Assembly (NCBI RefSeq): GCF_000406145.1
Contig: NZ_CM001976.1
Location: 267,497-299,496, forward strand
Direction of reading: 5' to 3'
DNA length: 32,000 nucleotides
Source: Dickeya dadantii NCPPB 898
GTDB lineage: Bacteria > Pseudomonadota > Gammaproteobacteria > Enterobacterales > Enterobacteriaceae
Both the position numbers and the translations under genes were made by a program. The notes beneath the pieces are model-generated. The model ran no database searches. It had not been told where the DNA came from and saw only the letters and a program-made list of their open reading frames with translations. Shown piece by piece: positions 1 to 7,510 of this stretch. Each line of letters opens with the position of its first letter. The first letter of the stretch is position 1.

Positions 1-7
1 CATAAGG

Positions 8-36
8 AACCCCCGGTTAGCGCCGGGGGTTTTTTG
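8..36 (+). terminator. Rho-independent terminator of a + strand gene ending at or left of the window edge
   Basis: 9-bp stem AACCCCCGG (8-16) / CCGGGGGTT (23-31) with a 6-nt loop and a run of six T (30-35). TAA at 3-5 could be the stop of the off-window gene. Confidence 0.6.
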
Positions 37-233
37 CTATGGGGCCGGGAAGCCGGCATTACGGGATACCGGTCAGGACAGGCGGCGGCCCTGTGTGCGG
101 TTTTACGGTCCGGTCTTGTACTCTCCCCGGCGCTGTGTCGCGCGTCTGTCGCGTTTTTCCTGCAAGGCCTTCCCTTTATCTCCCTCTCTCCGCGGTTTTT
201 ATCACTCTGCACAAACAAAATAATCATCTCGCT

Positions 234-470
234 TCAGTCTCCGGCAGCGCCGGTTCTCCTTCGCAGCCAGTCACGGATAAATACGGCGATCTGCGCCGGC
301 TGGTTGAGATCCAGACAGGGCAGGGCAAGGGTTAAGGCGGTATCGGTGGCCACGGCCAGCGTGTCGGCGTCGATCAACGCCGCGATATCACCTCCTGGCC
401 CGTGACGGTAAAGCAGAGTTTTATCAACGGGTTCGTGTTTGAAATCTTTCGTCTGCTGATCCCAATGCAT
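234..470 (-). CDS. Hypothetical 78-aa protein, possibly a gene remnant with an alpha/beta-hydrolase-like C-terminal tail
   Basis: Internal ATG at 470 of track ORF 234..638. The upstream part of that ORF runs through the yhdZ terminator and the yhdZ 3' end, so it cannot be real. Codon usage is GC3-rich like the neighbours. No Shine-Dalgarno. The tail TLLYRHGPGGD...LALPCLDLNQPAQIAVFIRDWL resembles the last strand-helix of alpha/beta hydrolases but lacks the catalytic GH. Confidence 0.3.
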   Translation of the reverse strand: MHWDQQTKDFKHEPVDKTLLYRHGPGGDIAALIDADTLAVATDTALTLALPCLDLNQPAQIAVFIRDWLRRRTGAAGD

Positions 471-499
471 GGTGTTCAGAGTATGAAAATTCAGGACAT

Positions 500-528
500 G
501 AAAAAGGCCCGCTACAGTGAGCGGGCCT
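500..528 (-). terminator. Rho-independent terminator of the yhdWXYZ operon
   Basis: Minus-strand RNA forms AGGCCCGC / GCGGGCCT (8 bp, 8-nt loop; plus coordinates 505-512 and 521-528) followed by TTTTT (plus A-run 501-505). It begins 19 nt after the yhdZ stop. Confidence 0.75.
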
Positions 529-546
529 GAGAGAAGTTGAATGTGA

Positions 547-1308
547 TTAATGCAGTATCTGAGCCAGGAACGTCTGTGTACGTTCTGAACGCGGGCTGCT
601 GAAGAAGATATCCGGCGGCGCTTGCTCGACGATCTCACCCTGATCCATAAAGATCACCCGGTTGGCTACCGTCCGGGCGAAGCCCATTTCATGGGTCACG
701 CACAGCATGGTCATACCGTCTTCCGCCAGACCCAGCATGGTATCCAGCACTTCTTTCACCATTTCCGGATCCAGCGCCGATGTCGGTTCGTCAAACAGCA
801 TGATTTTCGGTTTCATGCACAGCGATCGGGCAATCGCGACACGCTGTTGCTGGCCGCCGGAAAGCTGACCGGGGTATTTGTGGGCATGAGCGGCGATGCG
901 CACTCGTTCCAGATAGTGCATCGCCAGCTCCTCCGCTTCTTTTTTCGGCATGTTGCGAACCCAGCTCGGCGCCAGCGTACAGTTCTGCAGAACGGTCAGA
1001 TGCGGGAACAGGTTGAAATGCTGGAACACCATACCCACTTCTGTTCTGATTTTCTCGATATTGCGGCTATCGTGGTTAAGTTCGATGCCATCTACCACGA
1101 TGCGCCCCTGCTGATGTTCTTCCAGATGGTTGATACAGCGGATGGTGGTTGATTTACCGGAGCCTGATGGTCCGCACAGAACAATACGTTCCCCTTGTTT
1201 GACCTGCAGGTTGATATTTTTCAGTACGTGGAACTGCCCATACCACTTATTCACGTTTTCCAGCGTGATCATGTAGTCGGAAGATGATGTTAACGTGTCC
1301 TGGTTCAT
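547..1308 (-). CDS. yhdZ: Polar amino-acid ABC transporter ATP-binding protein (YhdZ/AapP type)
   Basis: Walker [13 protein letters not shown] signature [13 protein letters not shown], Walker [15 protein letters not shown] at 1308 is preceded by GAGG; the track ORF begins at an upstream TTG (1320). 253 aa versus 252 aa for E. coli YhdZ. Last gene of a tightly spaced 4-gene operon. Confidence 0.9.
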   Translation of the reverse strand: MNQDTLTSSSDYMITLENVNKWYGQFHVLKNINLQVKQGERIVLCGPSGSGKSTTIRCINHLEEHQQGRIVVDGIELNHDSRNIEKIRTEVGMVFQHFNLFPHLTVLQNCTLAPSWVRNMPKKEAEELAMHYLERVRIAAHAHKYPGQLSGGQQQRVAIARSLCMKPKIMLFDEPTSALDPEMVKEVLDTMLGLAEDGMTMLCVTHEMGFARTVANRVIFMDQGEIVEQAPPDIFFSSPRSERTQTFLAQILH

Positions 1309-1316
1309 GGGTAACC

Positions 1317-2411
1317 TCAATGAGACTTGCGTCCGGTATCAAAACGTTTTTCTAAGTGCTGGCTATAACGCGACATGCTGAAACAGAAGATCCAATAGAG
1401 GATGGCGGCGAATACATAGCCTTCCGTGGACATTCCCAACCAGGCCGGATCAACGGTCGCTTGCTGAATGCTGCTGAACAGGTCGAACAGGCCGATGATG
1501 ATCACCAGACTGGTGTCTTTGAACAGCGCGATGATGGTGTTGACCAGACCGGGTATCACCATCTTCAGCGCCTGAGGTAGAATCACCAGCCCCTGCATAC
1601 GCCAGTAGCCGAGCGCCAGAGATTGGGCTGCTTCATATTGCCCTTTGGGTAGCGCCTGCAGACCGCCGCGGACCACTTCCGCCACATAGGCGGACTGAAA
1701 CAGAATCACTCCGACCAGCGCACGCAGCAGTTTGTCGATGTTGGTGCCTTCCGTCAGAAACAGCGGCAGCATGACGGAGGACATGAACAAGACGGTAATC
1801 AGCGGCACGCCGCGCCAGAACTCAATGAAGATGACGCAGAGCGCACGCAGCACCGGCATGTTGGAGCGGCGCCCCAGTGCCAGCAGGATCCCCAACGGTA
1901 GGGCGCCGGCGATGCCGATCGCCGCGATGATGATAGTCAGCGTCAGACCGCCCCACTGGCGGGTTTCCACCCGCGTCAGGCCGCCAAAACCACCAAACAG
2001 CAACCACCAGGCGATCAACGGATAGATCACGCACCAGATGGCGATGTAACGGCCGCGGTGCGGCAGATTGCGCCAGAACATCGGCAGGATGCTGATCAGC
2101 GCCAATACCAGCGCGAAGTTGATGCGCCACAGCTCTTCCCGAGGATAAAGCCCATACATGAACTGCTCGAAACGGGCATGGATGAACACCCAGCAGGCGC
2201 CGTCGCTGGTGCAATCCGCGCGGGTGGAGCCGATCCAGTTAGCCTTGAGAATGGCCCAGTTCAACAGCGGCGGGATCAGCGTCCACAGTAGCCACAGGCA
2301 GGCCAGCGTCAGCACACTGTTGGTGATGCTGGAGAACAGATTTCGTCGCGCCCAGACAATGGCGCGGTTAATGGGCGTCGGGTTGGATGGTGTGTGTGTA
2401 ATCATGGTCAT
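1317..2411 (-). CDS. yhdY: Amino-acid ABC transporter permease (YhdY/AapM type)
   Basis: 364-aa polytopic membrane protein with an EAA-loop region ([30 protein letters not shown]). ATG at 2411 is preceded by AGGAACAGG. 9-nt gap to yhdX and 8-nt gap to yhdZ. Confidence 0.9.
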   Translation of the reverse strand: MTMITHTPSNPTPINRAIVWARRNLFSSITNSVLTLACLWLLWTLIPPLLNWAILKANWIGSTRADCTSDGACWVFIHARFEQFMYGLYPREELWRINFALVLALISILPMFWRNLPHRGRYIAIWCVIYPLIAWWLLFGGFGGLTRVETRQWGGLTLTIIIAAIGIAGALPLGILLALGRRSNMPVLRALCVIFIEFWRGVPLITVLFMSSVMLPLFLTEGTNIDKLLRALVGVILFQSAYVAEVVRGGLQALPKGQYEAAQSLALGYWRMQGLVILPQALKMVIPGLVNTIIALFKDTSLVIIIGLFDLFSSIQQATVDPAWLGMSTEGYVFAAILYWIFCFSMSRYSQHLEKRFDTGRKSH

Positions 2412-2420
2412 CCTGTTCCT

Positions 2421-3599
2421 TTAACGCTCAATTAAGGCGATTTTCCGGTTATAGATGTTCATCAGTAATGAGATCAGCAGGCTGATAATCAGGTAGACCG
2501 ACATGGTGATGGCGATGGTTTCGATAGCCTGCCCGGTCTGGTTCAACACCGTACCGGCGAACAGCGACACCATGTCCGGATAACCGATGGCGGCAGCCAG
2601 CGAAGAATTTTTCACCACGTTCAGATACTGGCTGGTCAGTGGTGGAATAATCACGCGCAGCGCCTGCGGCAGAATGACCTTACGCAGGGTGACCGGCTTA
2701 GGCAGGCCCAGCGATAGCGCCGCTTCGTGTTGCCCATAAGAGACGGATTGAATCCCGGAGCGGATGATCTCGGCGATAAAGGAAGAGGTATACACCGACA
2801 ATGCCAGCGCCAGTGCCGCCAGTTCAGGGATCAGCACCATCCCGCCGCTGAAGTTGAATCCTTTCAGTACCGGGAAATCCCAATGCAGCGCCCGGCCGAA
2901 AATCAGATGTGATAAACCCAGCAACACCACGAGTACCGCCAGCGGAATTGGCCAGGACCTGCGCTGCTGACCGGTGAGGGCATGGTAGCGCTTATTGCGG
3001 CGGAAAATCATGGCACCGACCACCAGCGCAATGATCAGCGCCAGTATCGAAGGCAGCGCCCCCGGGCCGAACTCGGCGGCCGGAATATACAATCCGCGGT
3101 TGCTCAGGAAGAAGGTATCGAGCGCGTTTACCGCCTGACGCGGGCCTGGCAGGTTGCGCAGTACCGCAAAATACCAGAAGAAGATCTGCAACAGCGGCGG
3201 GATATTGCGGAATGTCTCGATGTAGATGGTGGACAATTTACGCAACAGCCAGTTGTCGGACAGGCGAGCCAGACCGACGATAAACCCCAGCAGCGAGGCG
3301 CAGACAATACAAATAGCCGAAACCAGCAGCGTGTTCAGCAGACCGACAACAAAGACGCGAGCGTAGGTATCGCCTTGTTCATAGTCAATCAGGTGCTGAA
3401 CAATACCAAAGCCGGCACTGTTATTCAGAAAGGCAAAACCTGACGTAATCCCGCGCTGCGCCAGATTGGTTACCGTGTTGTGCAGCAGATAACCGACGGT
3501 AACCACGACGATGACGACCGCCAGGATTTGATACAACCAGGCGCGCACCGCTGGATTAGTCAGTGATAAATCACCTTTCACGGTTGGGCGTTGCAGCAT
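2421..3599 (-). CDS. yhdX: Amino-acid ABC transporter permease (YhdX/AapQ type)
   Basis: 392-aa polytopic membrane protein with an EAA-loop (HEAALSLGLPKPVTLRKVILPQALRVIIPPL). ATG at 3599 is preceded by GAGG. Size matches E. coli YhdX (393 aa). Confidence 0.9.
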   Translation of the reverse strand: MLQRPTVKGDLSLTNPAVRAWLYQILAVVIVVVTVGYLLHNTVTNLAQRGITSGFAFLNNSAGFGIVQHLIDYEQGDTYARVFVVGLLNTLLVSAICIVCASLLGFIVGLARLSDNWLLRKLSTIYIETFRNIPPLLQIFFWYFAVLRNLPGPRQAVNALDTFFLSNRGLYIPAAEFGPGALPSILALIIALVVGAMIFRRNKRYHALTGQQRRSWPIPLAVLVVLLGLSHLIFGRALHWDFPVLKGFNFSGGMVLIPELAALALALSVYTSSFIAEIIRSGIQSVSYGQHEAALSLGLPKPVTLRKVILPQALRVIIPPLTSQYLNVVKNSSLAAAIGYPDMVSLFAGTVLNQTGQAIETIAITMSVYLIISLLISLLMNIYNRKIALIER

Positions 3600-3671
3600 G
3601 TTGGAGCCTCAGTGACAGATAAAGCAAGGGCACGGCTGGTTCGCAGCACGTGCCCGGTTTTACATCAGGAA

Positions 3672-4703
3672 TCAGCGAATGGCAGGGGCGTACTGGATGC
3701 CGCCTTTGTTCCACAGTTCGTTCAGGCCACGTTTGATTTTCAGCTCACTGCCCTGACCCACGTTGCGCTCAAACACTTCGCCGTAGTTGCCTACCTGTTT
3801 GACGATTTTGTACGCCCAGTCGGCCGGCAGTTTCAGGTCTTTGCCGTAGTTGCCTTCTTTACCCAGCAGGTGCGACATGTCCGGGGTGGTCGGTTTAGCG
3901 GCCATCTGGTCGACGTTCTGAGAGGTGATGCCCATCTCTTCGGCGTTCAGCATGGCGAACAGCGTCCAGCGCACAATCGCGTACCAGTCTTCGTCACCAC
4001 GACGCACTACCGGTCCCAGCGGTTCTTTGGAGATCACTTCCGGCAGTACCACGAAGTCAGCCGGTTTGCCCAGTTTGATACGCAGGGCGTACAACTGAGA
4101 CTGGTCGGAAGCCAGCGTATCGCAGCGGCCGGAATCCAGCGCTTTGGCGCTTTCGTCAGAGCGGTCGAAGGTCACCGGGGTGTATTTCATGTTGTGGGTT
4201 TTGAAGTAATCGGCCACGTTCAGCTCGGTGTCGGTGCCGGCCTGGATGCAAACGGTTGCGCCGTCCAGCTCTTTGGCGCTTTTCAGTCCGGCTTTGTTAT
4301 GGGTCAGAAAGCCGATGCCGTCGTAGTAGGTCACGCCGGTGAACAGCAGGCCCATGCCGCCGTCACGGGAGGAGGTCCAGGTGGTATTGCGGGACAGCAA
4401 ATCCACTTCGCCGGATTGCAGAGCGGTGAAGCGCTCTTTGGCGGTCAGCGGGGTGAACTTGACTTTATTGGCATCGCCAAAAATGGCCGCAGCGACACCA
4501 CGGCAGACGTCAACGTCGATACCGGAGTATTTGCCGTTGGCATCGGCATACGAGAAACCAGGAAGTCCATCGCTGATACCGCACTGCACGAACCCTTTCT
4601 TCTGAATCGCATCAAGAGTTGCGCCTGCGTGTGCCTGGTTGATGAAGGCAAACAGTGAAGCGCTGGCGACCAGCGTGGACATAATCACTTTTTTCATAAT
4701 CAT
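3672..4703 (-). CDS. yhdW: Periplasmic general L-amino-acid binding protein (YhdW/AapJ type)
   Basis: Sec signal peptide MIMKKVIMSTLVASASLFAFINQAHA followed by a family-3 solute-binding fold. 343 aa versus 341 aa in E. coli. First gene of the operon. The start could be the ATG at 4703 or at 4697. Confidence 0.9.
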   Translation of the reverse strand: MIMKKVIMSTLVASASLFAFINQAHAGATLDAIQKKGFVQCGISDGLPGFSYADANGKYSGIDVDVCRGVAAAIFGDANKVKFTPLTAKERFTALQSGEVDLLSRNTTWTSSRDGGMGLLFTGVTYYDGIGFLTHNKAGLKSAKELDGATVCIQAGTDTELNVADYFKTHNMKYTPVTFDRSDESAKALDSGRCDTLASDQSQLYALRIKLGKPADFVVLPEVISKEPLGPVVRRGDEDWYAIVRWTLFAMLNAEEMGITSQNVDQMAAKPTTPDMSHLLGKEGNYGKDLKLPADWAYKIVKQVGNYGEVFERNVGQGSELKIKRGLNELWNKGGIQYAPAIR

Positions 4704-4814
4704 CGTATGTGCCTAATGTAATAGTAATGTGCTGTTGTGTTTTGGCGCAGTCATGGCTGCGCCTGCTCTGTCTGTCGGCGTGGTGTCCCGGAAACGGGGC
4801 CGTCGTTATCAGAA

Positions 4815-4830
4815 AGCAAAAACGATGCCA
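4815..4830 (-). promoter_or_regulatory. Sigma-54 (-24/-12) promoter of yhdWXYZ
   Basis: Minus strand reads TGGCAT-CGTTT-TTGCT, with GG and GC separated by exactly 10 nt (consensus TGGCAC-N5-TTGCA/T). It lies about 110 nt upstream of the yhdW ATG. Confidence 0.65.
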
Positions 4831-4926
4831 GCTTGTAATCACAGTGGTACAGGCAGGAAACTAAATCGTATCAGTGGTGAGCCGGGATAAATCGGAGCTA
4901 TAGAGGGATAAAGGAAAGGCATAGGG

Positions 4927-4973
4927 CGCACCAAAATGGATGAATTGTGCTGTGGTCGATCCAATTTGGTGCA
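4927..4973. promoter_or_regulatory. Pair of NtrC-like enhancer sites (upstream activating sequence)
   Basis: CGCACCAAAATGGATGA (4927-4943) and CGATCCAATTTGGTGCA (4957-4973), compared with consensus TGCACC-N5-GGTGCA. The outer halves are near-perfect and form an 11/12 inverted repeat GCACCAAAATGG / CCAATTTGGTGC. Centres are 30 bp apart, about 100-150 bp upstream of the sigma-54 promoter. Confidence 0.55.
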
Positions 4974-4993
4974 ACTTGCGTAAAAACCGGAGG

Positions 4994-5689
4994 TTAACGT
5001 GCCGACGCTGCCTCAAGGAGTGCAATGGCCAGCGGCGGTGCTATCTGTTTTAGTGCAGCGCGTTCTGGCTGAAACAAGGTGCCGACAAAAAACGGATGGT
5101 CGGTGAGTTCGACCGCGCGAATATCTCCGTTGTCATCCACGCCGGACACCCGTACACCGGCGGTGGTGAATGCATCCCGAAACGCTTCGTTGATGCCGTA
5201 GCGGCAGCGGTAGCCTTCGGCGATCGCGTCGCGGCCGTAAGCACGGCCAATGCGTGAATCGGGTGACAGGCGAATATCACCCTGTTTTTCCACCATTTCA
5301 CATTGCAAGGGCGAAATCACCGCCCGGCCTTCCTGAGTGACTTCCGCATTATTAGCGTCATGCCAGCTCAGAACGTGGCGGGCGTATTCGAGCAGCGCAT
5401 ACTGACACCCCCCGCAGGTGCCCAGAAACGGGATATGCGTTTCACGGGCAAAACGGATGGCTTGCAGGATATTGTCGTCGTGACGATACGGGCTGGCGGG
5501 AACGCACCAGACGGCATCGAAAGCGTCGAGCTGGCTGGCCGGCGACAGTAGTTCGCTGTCTATCCACTGGTACTGAATCGTGAGGTCAAGCTGGCGGGCG
5601 GCGAGGTTGAGAGCGGGCGGGATGGCCTGATGAGCGGTGACGGTTGGGGTGTAGTCACCTATCAGCGCGATTCTGACAATCTGTTTCAT
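4994..5689 (-). CDS. Stand-alone class I glutamine amidotransferase-like protein related to the CTP synthase C-terminal domain
   Basis: 231 aa from the ATG at 5689, preceded by GGAGA; the track ORF extends 28 codons further upstream with no support. Collinear with the PyrG glutaminase domain: nucleophile elbow FLGTCGGCQ, and a C-terminal HPFFVGTLFQPE where PyrG has HPWFVACQFHPE. Confidence 0.8.
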   Translation of the reverse strand: MKQIVRIALIGDYTPTVTAHQAIPPALNLAARQLDLTIQYQWIDSELLSPASQLDAFDAVWCVPASPYRHDDNILQAIRFARETHIPFLGTCGGCQYALLEYARHVLSWHDANNAEVTQEGRAVISPLQCEMVEKQGDIRLSPDSRIGRAYGRDAIAEGYRCRYGINEAFRDAFTTAGVRVSGVDDNGDIRAVELTDHPFFVGTLFQPERAALKQIAPPLAIALLEAASAR

Positions 5690-5774
5690 GACATTCTCCG
5701 GCTGGTAAAACGGAAGGCTACGGCAAATCGGGGGTAATGTCGAGGTGGTCGGTTTGATTGTGAGAGGTGGCAAA

Positions 5775-5796
5775 GGCAGGCCAGACAGCCTGCCTG
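5775..5796 (-). terminator. Hairpin between the permease and amidotransferase genes (weak terminator or attenuator)
   Basis: 8-bp stem AGGCAGGC / GCCTGCCT with a 6-nt loop, 8 nt after the permease stop. Only two T follow on the minus-strand RNA, so function is uncertain. Confidence 0.35.
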
Positions 5797-5803
5797 TCGG
5801 TTA

Positions 5804-6469
5804 TCAATGCACGATGTGGCGCTGGTAGTATTTTTCCAGCCGCGTCTGCAGCTTACTTAACACAGTGCTGAACAGCAGGTAGATGAGTGCGGCTTCGATA
5901 TAGAGAATCAGCGGCTCGTAGGTCACCGACACGATACGTTGCGCGGCTAAAAACATTTCCGGCACCGTGATCACGGCGGCCAGCGAGGTGTCTTTGACCA
6001 GCGAAATAAAGGTATTAGCCAGCGGCGGCAGCGACACGAATACCGACTGCGGCACGATCACCCAGCGGATGGCCTGCGCGCCGCTCATTCCGAGCGAATA
6101 GGCGGCGTTCCATTGTCCTTTCGGGACGGAGAGAATAGCACCGCGTACGATTTCCGAGCTGTAAGCGCCGACGTTAAGGCTGAAACCAATCAGTGCCGCC
6201 GGGAACGCATCCAGCGTGATGCCGGCGTTGGGCAAACCATAGAAAATCAGGAACAGCTGGACCAGTAGCGGCGTGCCGCGAATCACCCACACATAAAAGT
6301 CGCAAATCTTTTTGAGCGGCGTTGGGCCGTACAGGCGCAGCAAGGCGACCAGCACACCGATCATCAAACCGAGGACAAAGGAAAGAATCGCGAGAGGAAC
6401 GGTGAATGTCAGCCCAGCGGAAAGCAGACTCCAGAAGGAGTCTGCCATGAGTTGTAGCCATGATGGCAT
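5804..6469 (-). CDS. Polar amino-acid (cystine-type, YecS/TcyL-like) ABC transporter permease
   Basis: 221 aa with His/Glu/Gln/Arg/opine-family permease features (FRGTPLLVQLFLIFYGLP; EAA-loop KGQWNAAYSLGMSGAQAIRWVIVPQS). ATG at 6469 is preceded by GGAG at 9-nt spacing. Confidence 0.85.
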   Translation of the reverse strand: MPSWLQLMADSFWSLLSAGLTFTVPLAILSFVLGLMIGVLVALLRLYGPTPLKKICDFYVWVIRGTPLLVQLFLIFYGLPNAGITLDAFPAALIGFSLNVGAYSSEIVRGAILSVPKGQWNAAYSLGMSGAQAIRWVIVPQSVFVSLPPLANTFISLVKDTSLAAVITVPEMFLAAQRIVSVTYEPLILYIEAALIYLLFSTVLSKLQTRLEKYYQRHIVH

Positions 6470-6494
6470 CTAAAATAACTCCGATATCAATGCA

Positions 6495-7268
6495 TTATTT
6501 GGAAACGTCTTGTCCAAAGTATCGCACAGAAATCGTCTTATAGGTGCCGTCAGCTTTGATTTGATCCAACGCGTTGTTCAGCGCGTCCACCAACTGCGGC
6601 TGGTTTTTGCGTACCAGAATAGCGGACGGATCGCCGCTTTCAGCGGTAGCGACCACTTTCACGTTGGCGTCCGGTTTGTGTTTTTTGAAGTCCAGGAATG
6701 ACAGGTTATCGTTCAGCGTGGCTTCGGCGCGGCCGCTCAGTACCAACTCCAGCGACTGGTTGAAGCCGTCGGTCGGCACGATTTCCGCACCGTAGCTGGT
6801 CGCCAGCTTGGAATAATTGCTGGTCAGGCTCTGGGCGGATTTGTGGCCTTTCAGATCGCTGAACGATTTGATGCTGGTGTTATCGCCACGCACGATCAGC
6901 ACGGATTTTGCGTCGATATACGGTTTGGTGAAGTCATACTTCGCCTGACGCTCTTTGGTTACACCCACCTGATTGATGACGGCGTCATAGCGTTTGGCGT
7001 CTACGCCGGCAATCAGCCCGTCCCAGCGGCCTTCGACGAATTCAGCTTTTACGCCTAGTTTTTCCGCCACGGCGCGGCCGACATCCACATCGAAACCGAC
7101 CAGTTTGCCGGAGGCATCATGGTAGGTGTAAGGCGCATACGTGCCCTCGGTGCCAAATTTAATCACACCCGCGGCCTTGATGGCGCGGAGATCGTCCTGA
7201 GCCTGTGCCAGCGCGCTGGTAACCAGTAAGGCGCCGGTAAGTAATGCTAAGCGAGATTTTTTCATCAT
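6495..7268 (-). CDS. Periplasmic amino-acid (cystine/FliY-TcyJ-like) binding protein
   Basis: Signal peptide MMKKSRLALLTGALLVTSALAQA, then a family-3 SBP with motifs GTEGTYAPYTY and GFDVDVGRAVAEKLGV. 257 aa. Confidence 0.85.
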   Translation of the reverse strand: MMKKSRLALLTGALLVTSALAQAQDDLRAIKAAGVIKFGTEGTYAPYTYHDASGKLVGFDVDVGRAVAEKLGVKAEFVEGRWDGLIAGVDAKRYDAVINQVGVTKERQAKYDFTKPYIDAKSVLIVRGDNTSIKSFSDLKGHKSAQSLTSNYSKLATSYGAEIVPTDGFNQSLELVLSGRAEATLNDNLSFLDFKKHKPDANVKVVATAESGDPSAILVRKNQPQLVDALNNALDQIKADGTYKTISVRYFGQDVSK

Positions 7269-7316
7269 AGTTCCTGCCAGGTATGGCTATTGCCGTTGTA
7301 AGTCAGAAATGCTGCG

Positions 7317-7345
7317 AATTTACGTGATGTCATGATGTTTGCCAA
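7317..7345 (-). promoter_or_regulatory. Candidate sigma-70 promoter of the binding-protein/permease unit
   Basis: Minus strand reads TTGGCA - 17 nt - TAAATT, about 45 nt upstream of the ATG at 7268. Sequence match only. Confidence 0.3.
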
Positions 7346-7510
7346 GTACATAAAGACATTGCTTATATCTGCTATGAATATAGTGAGCGCCGGTATTTTT
7401 TACCACTGGGGACCGCGGGTTAGCATCGCGGGAAGGCGTGATATACGGTGGTAACAATCGGTAGCCAGACTTGTTCTTTCCCGCCGTAGTCTGTTGCCTG
7501 AGGAGGAGCT

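Noticed and set aside
34-405. 123-aa and 98-aa + strand ORFs at the left edge
   Set aside because: The translations are Ser/Arg/Leu/Ala-rich with no motifs. They begin inside the terminator T-run and overlap the better-looking minus-strand frame.
3591-4658. 355-aa + strand ORF
   Set aside because: It is exactly antisense to yhdW. The translation is Val/Gly/Ala/His-rich with no recognisable motifs. This is a mirror-frame artefact of a GC3-rich gene.
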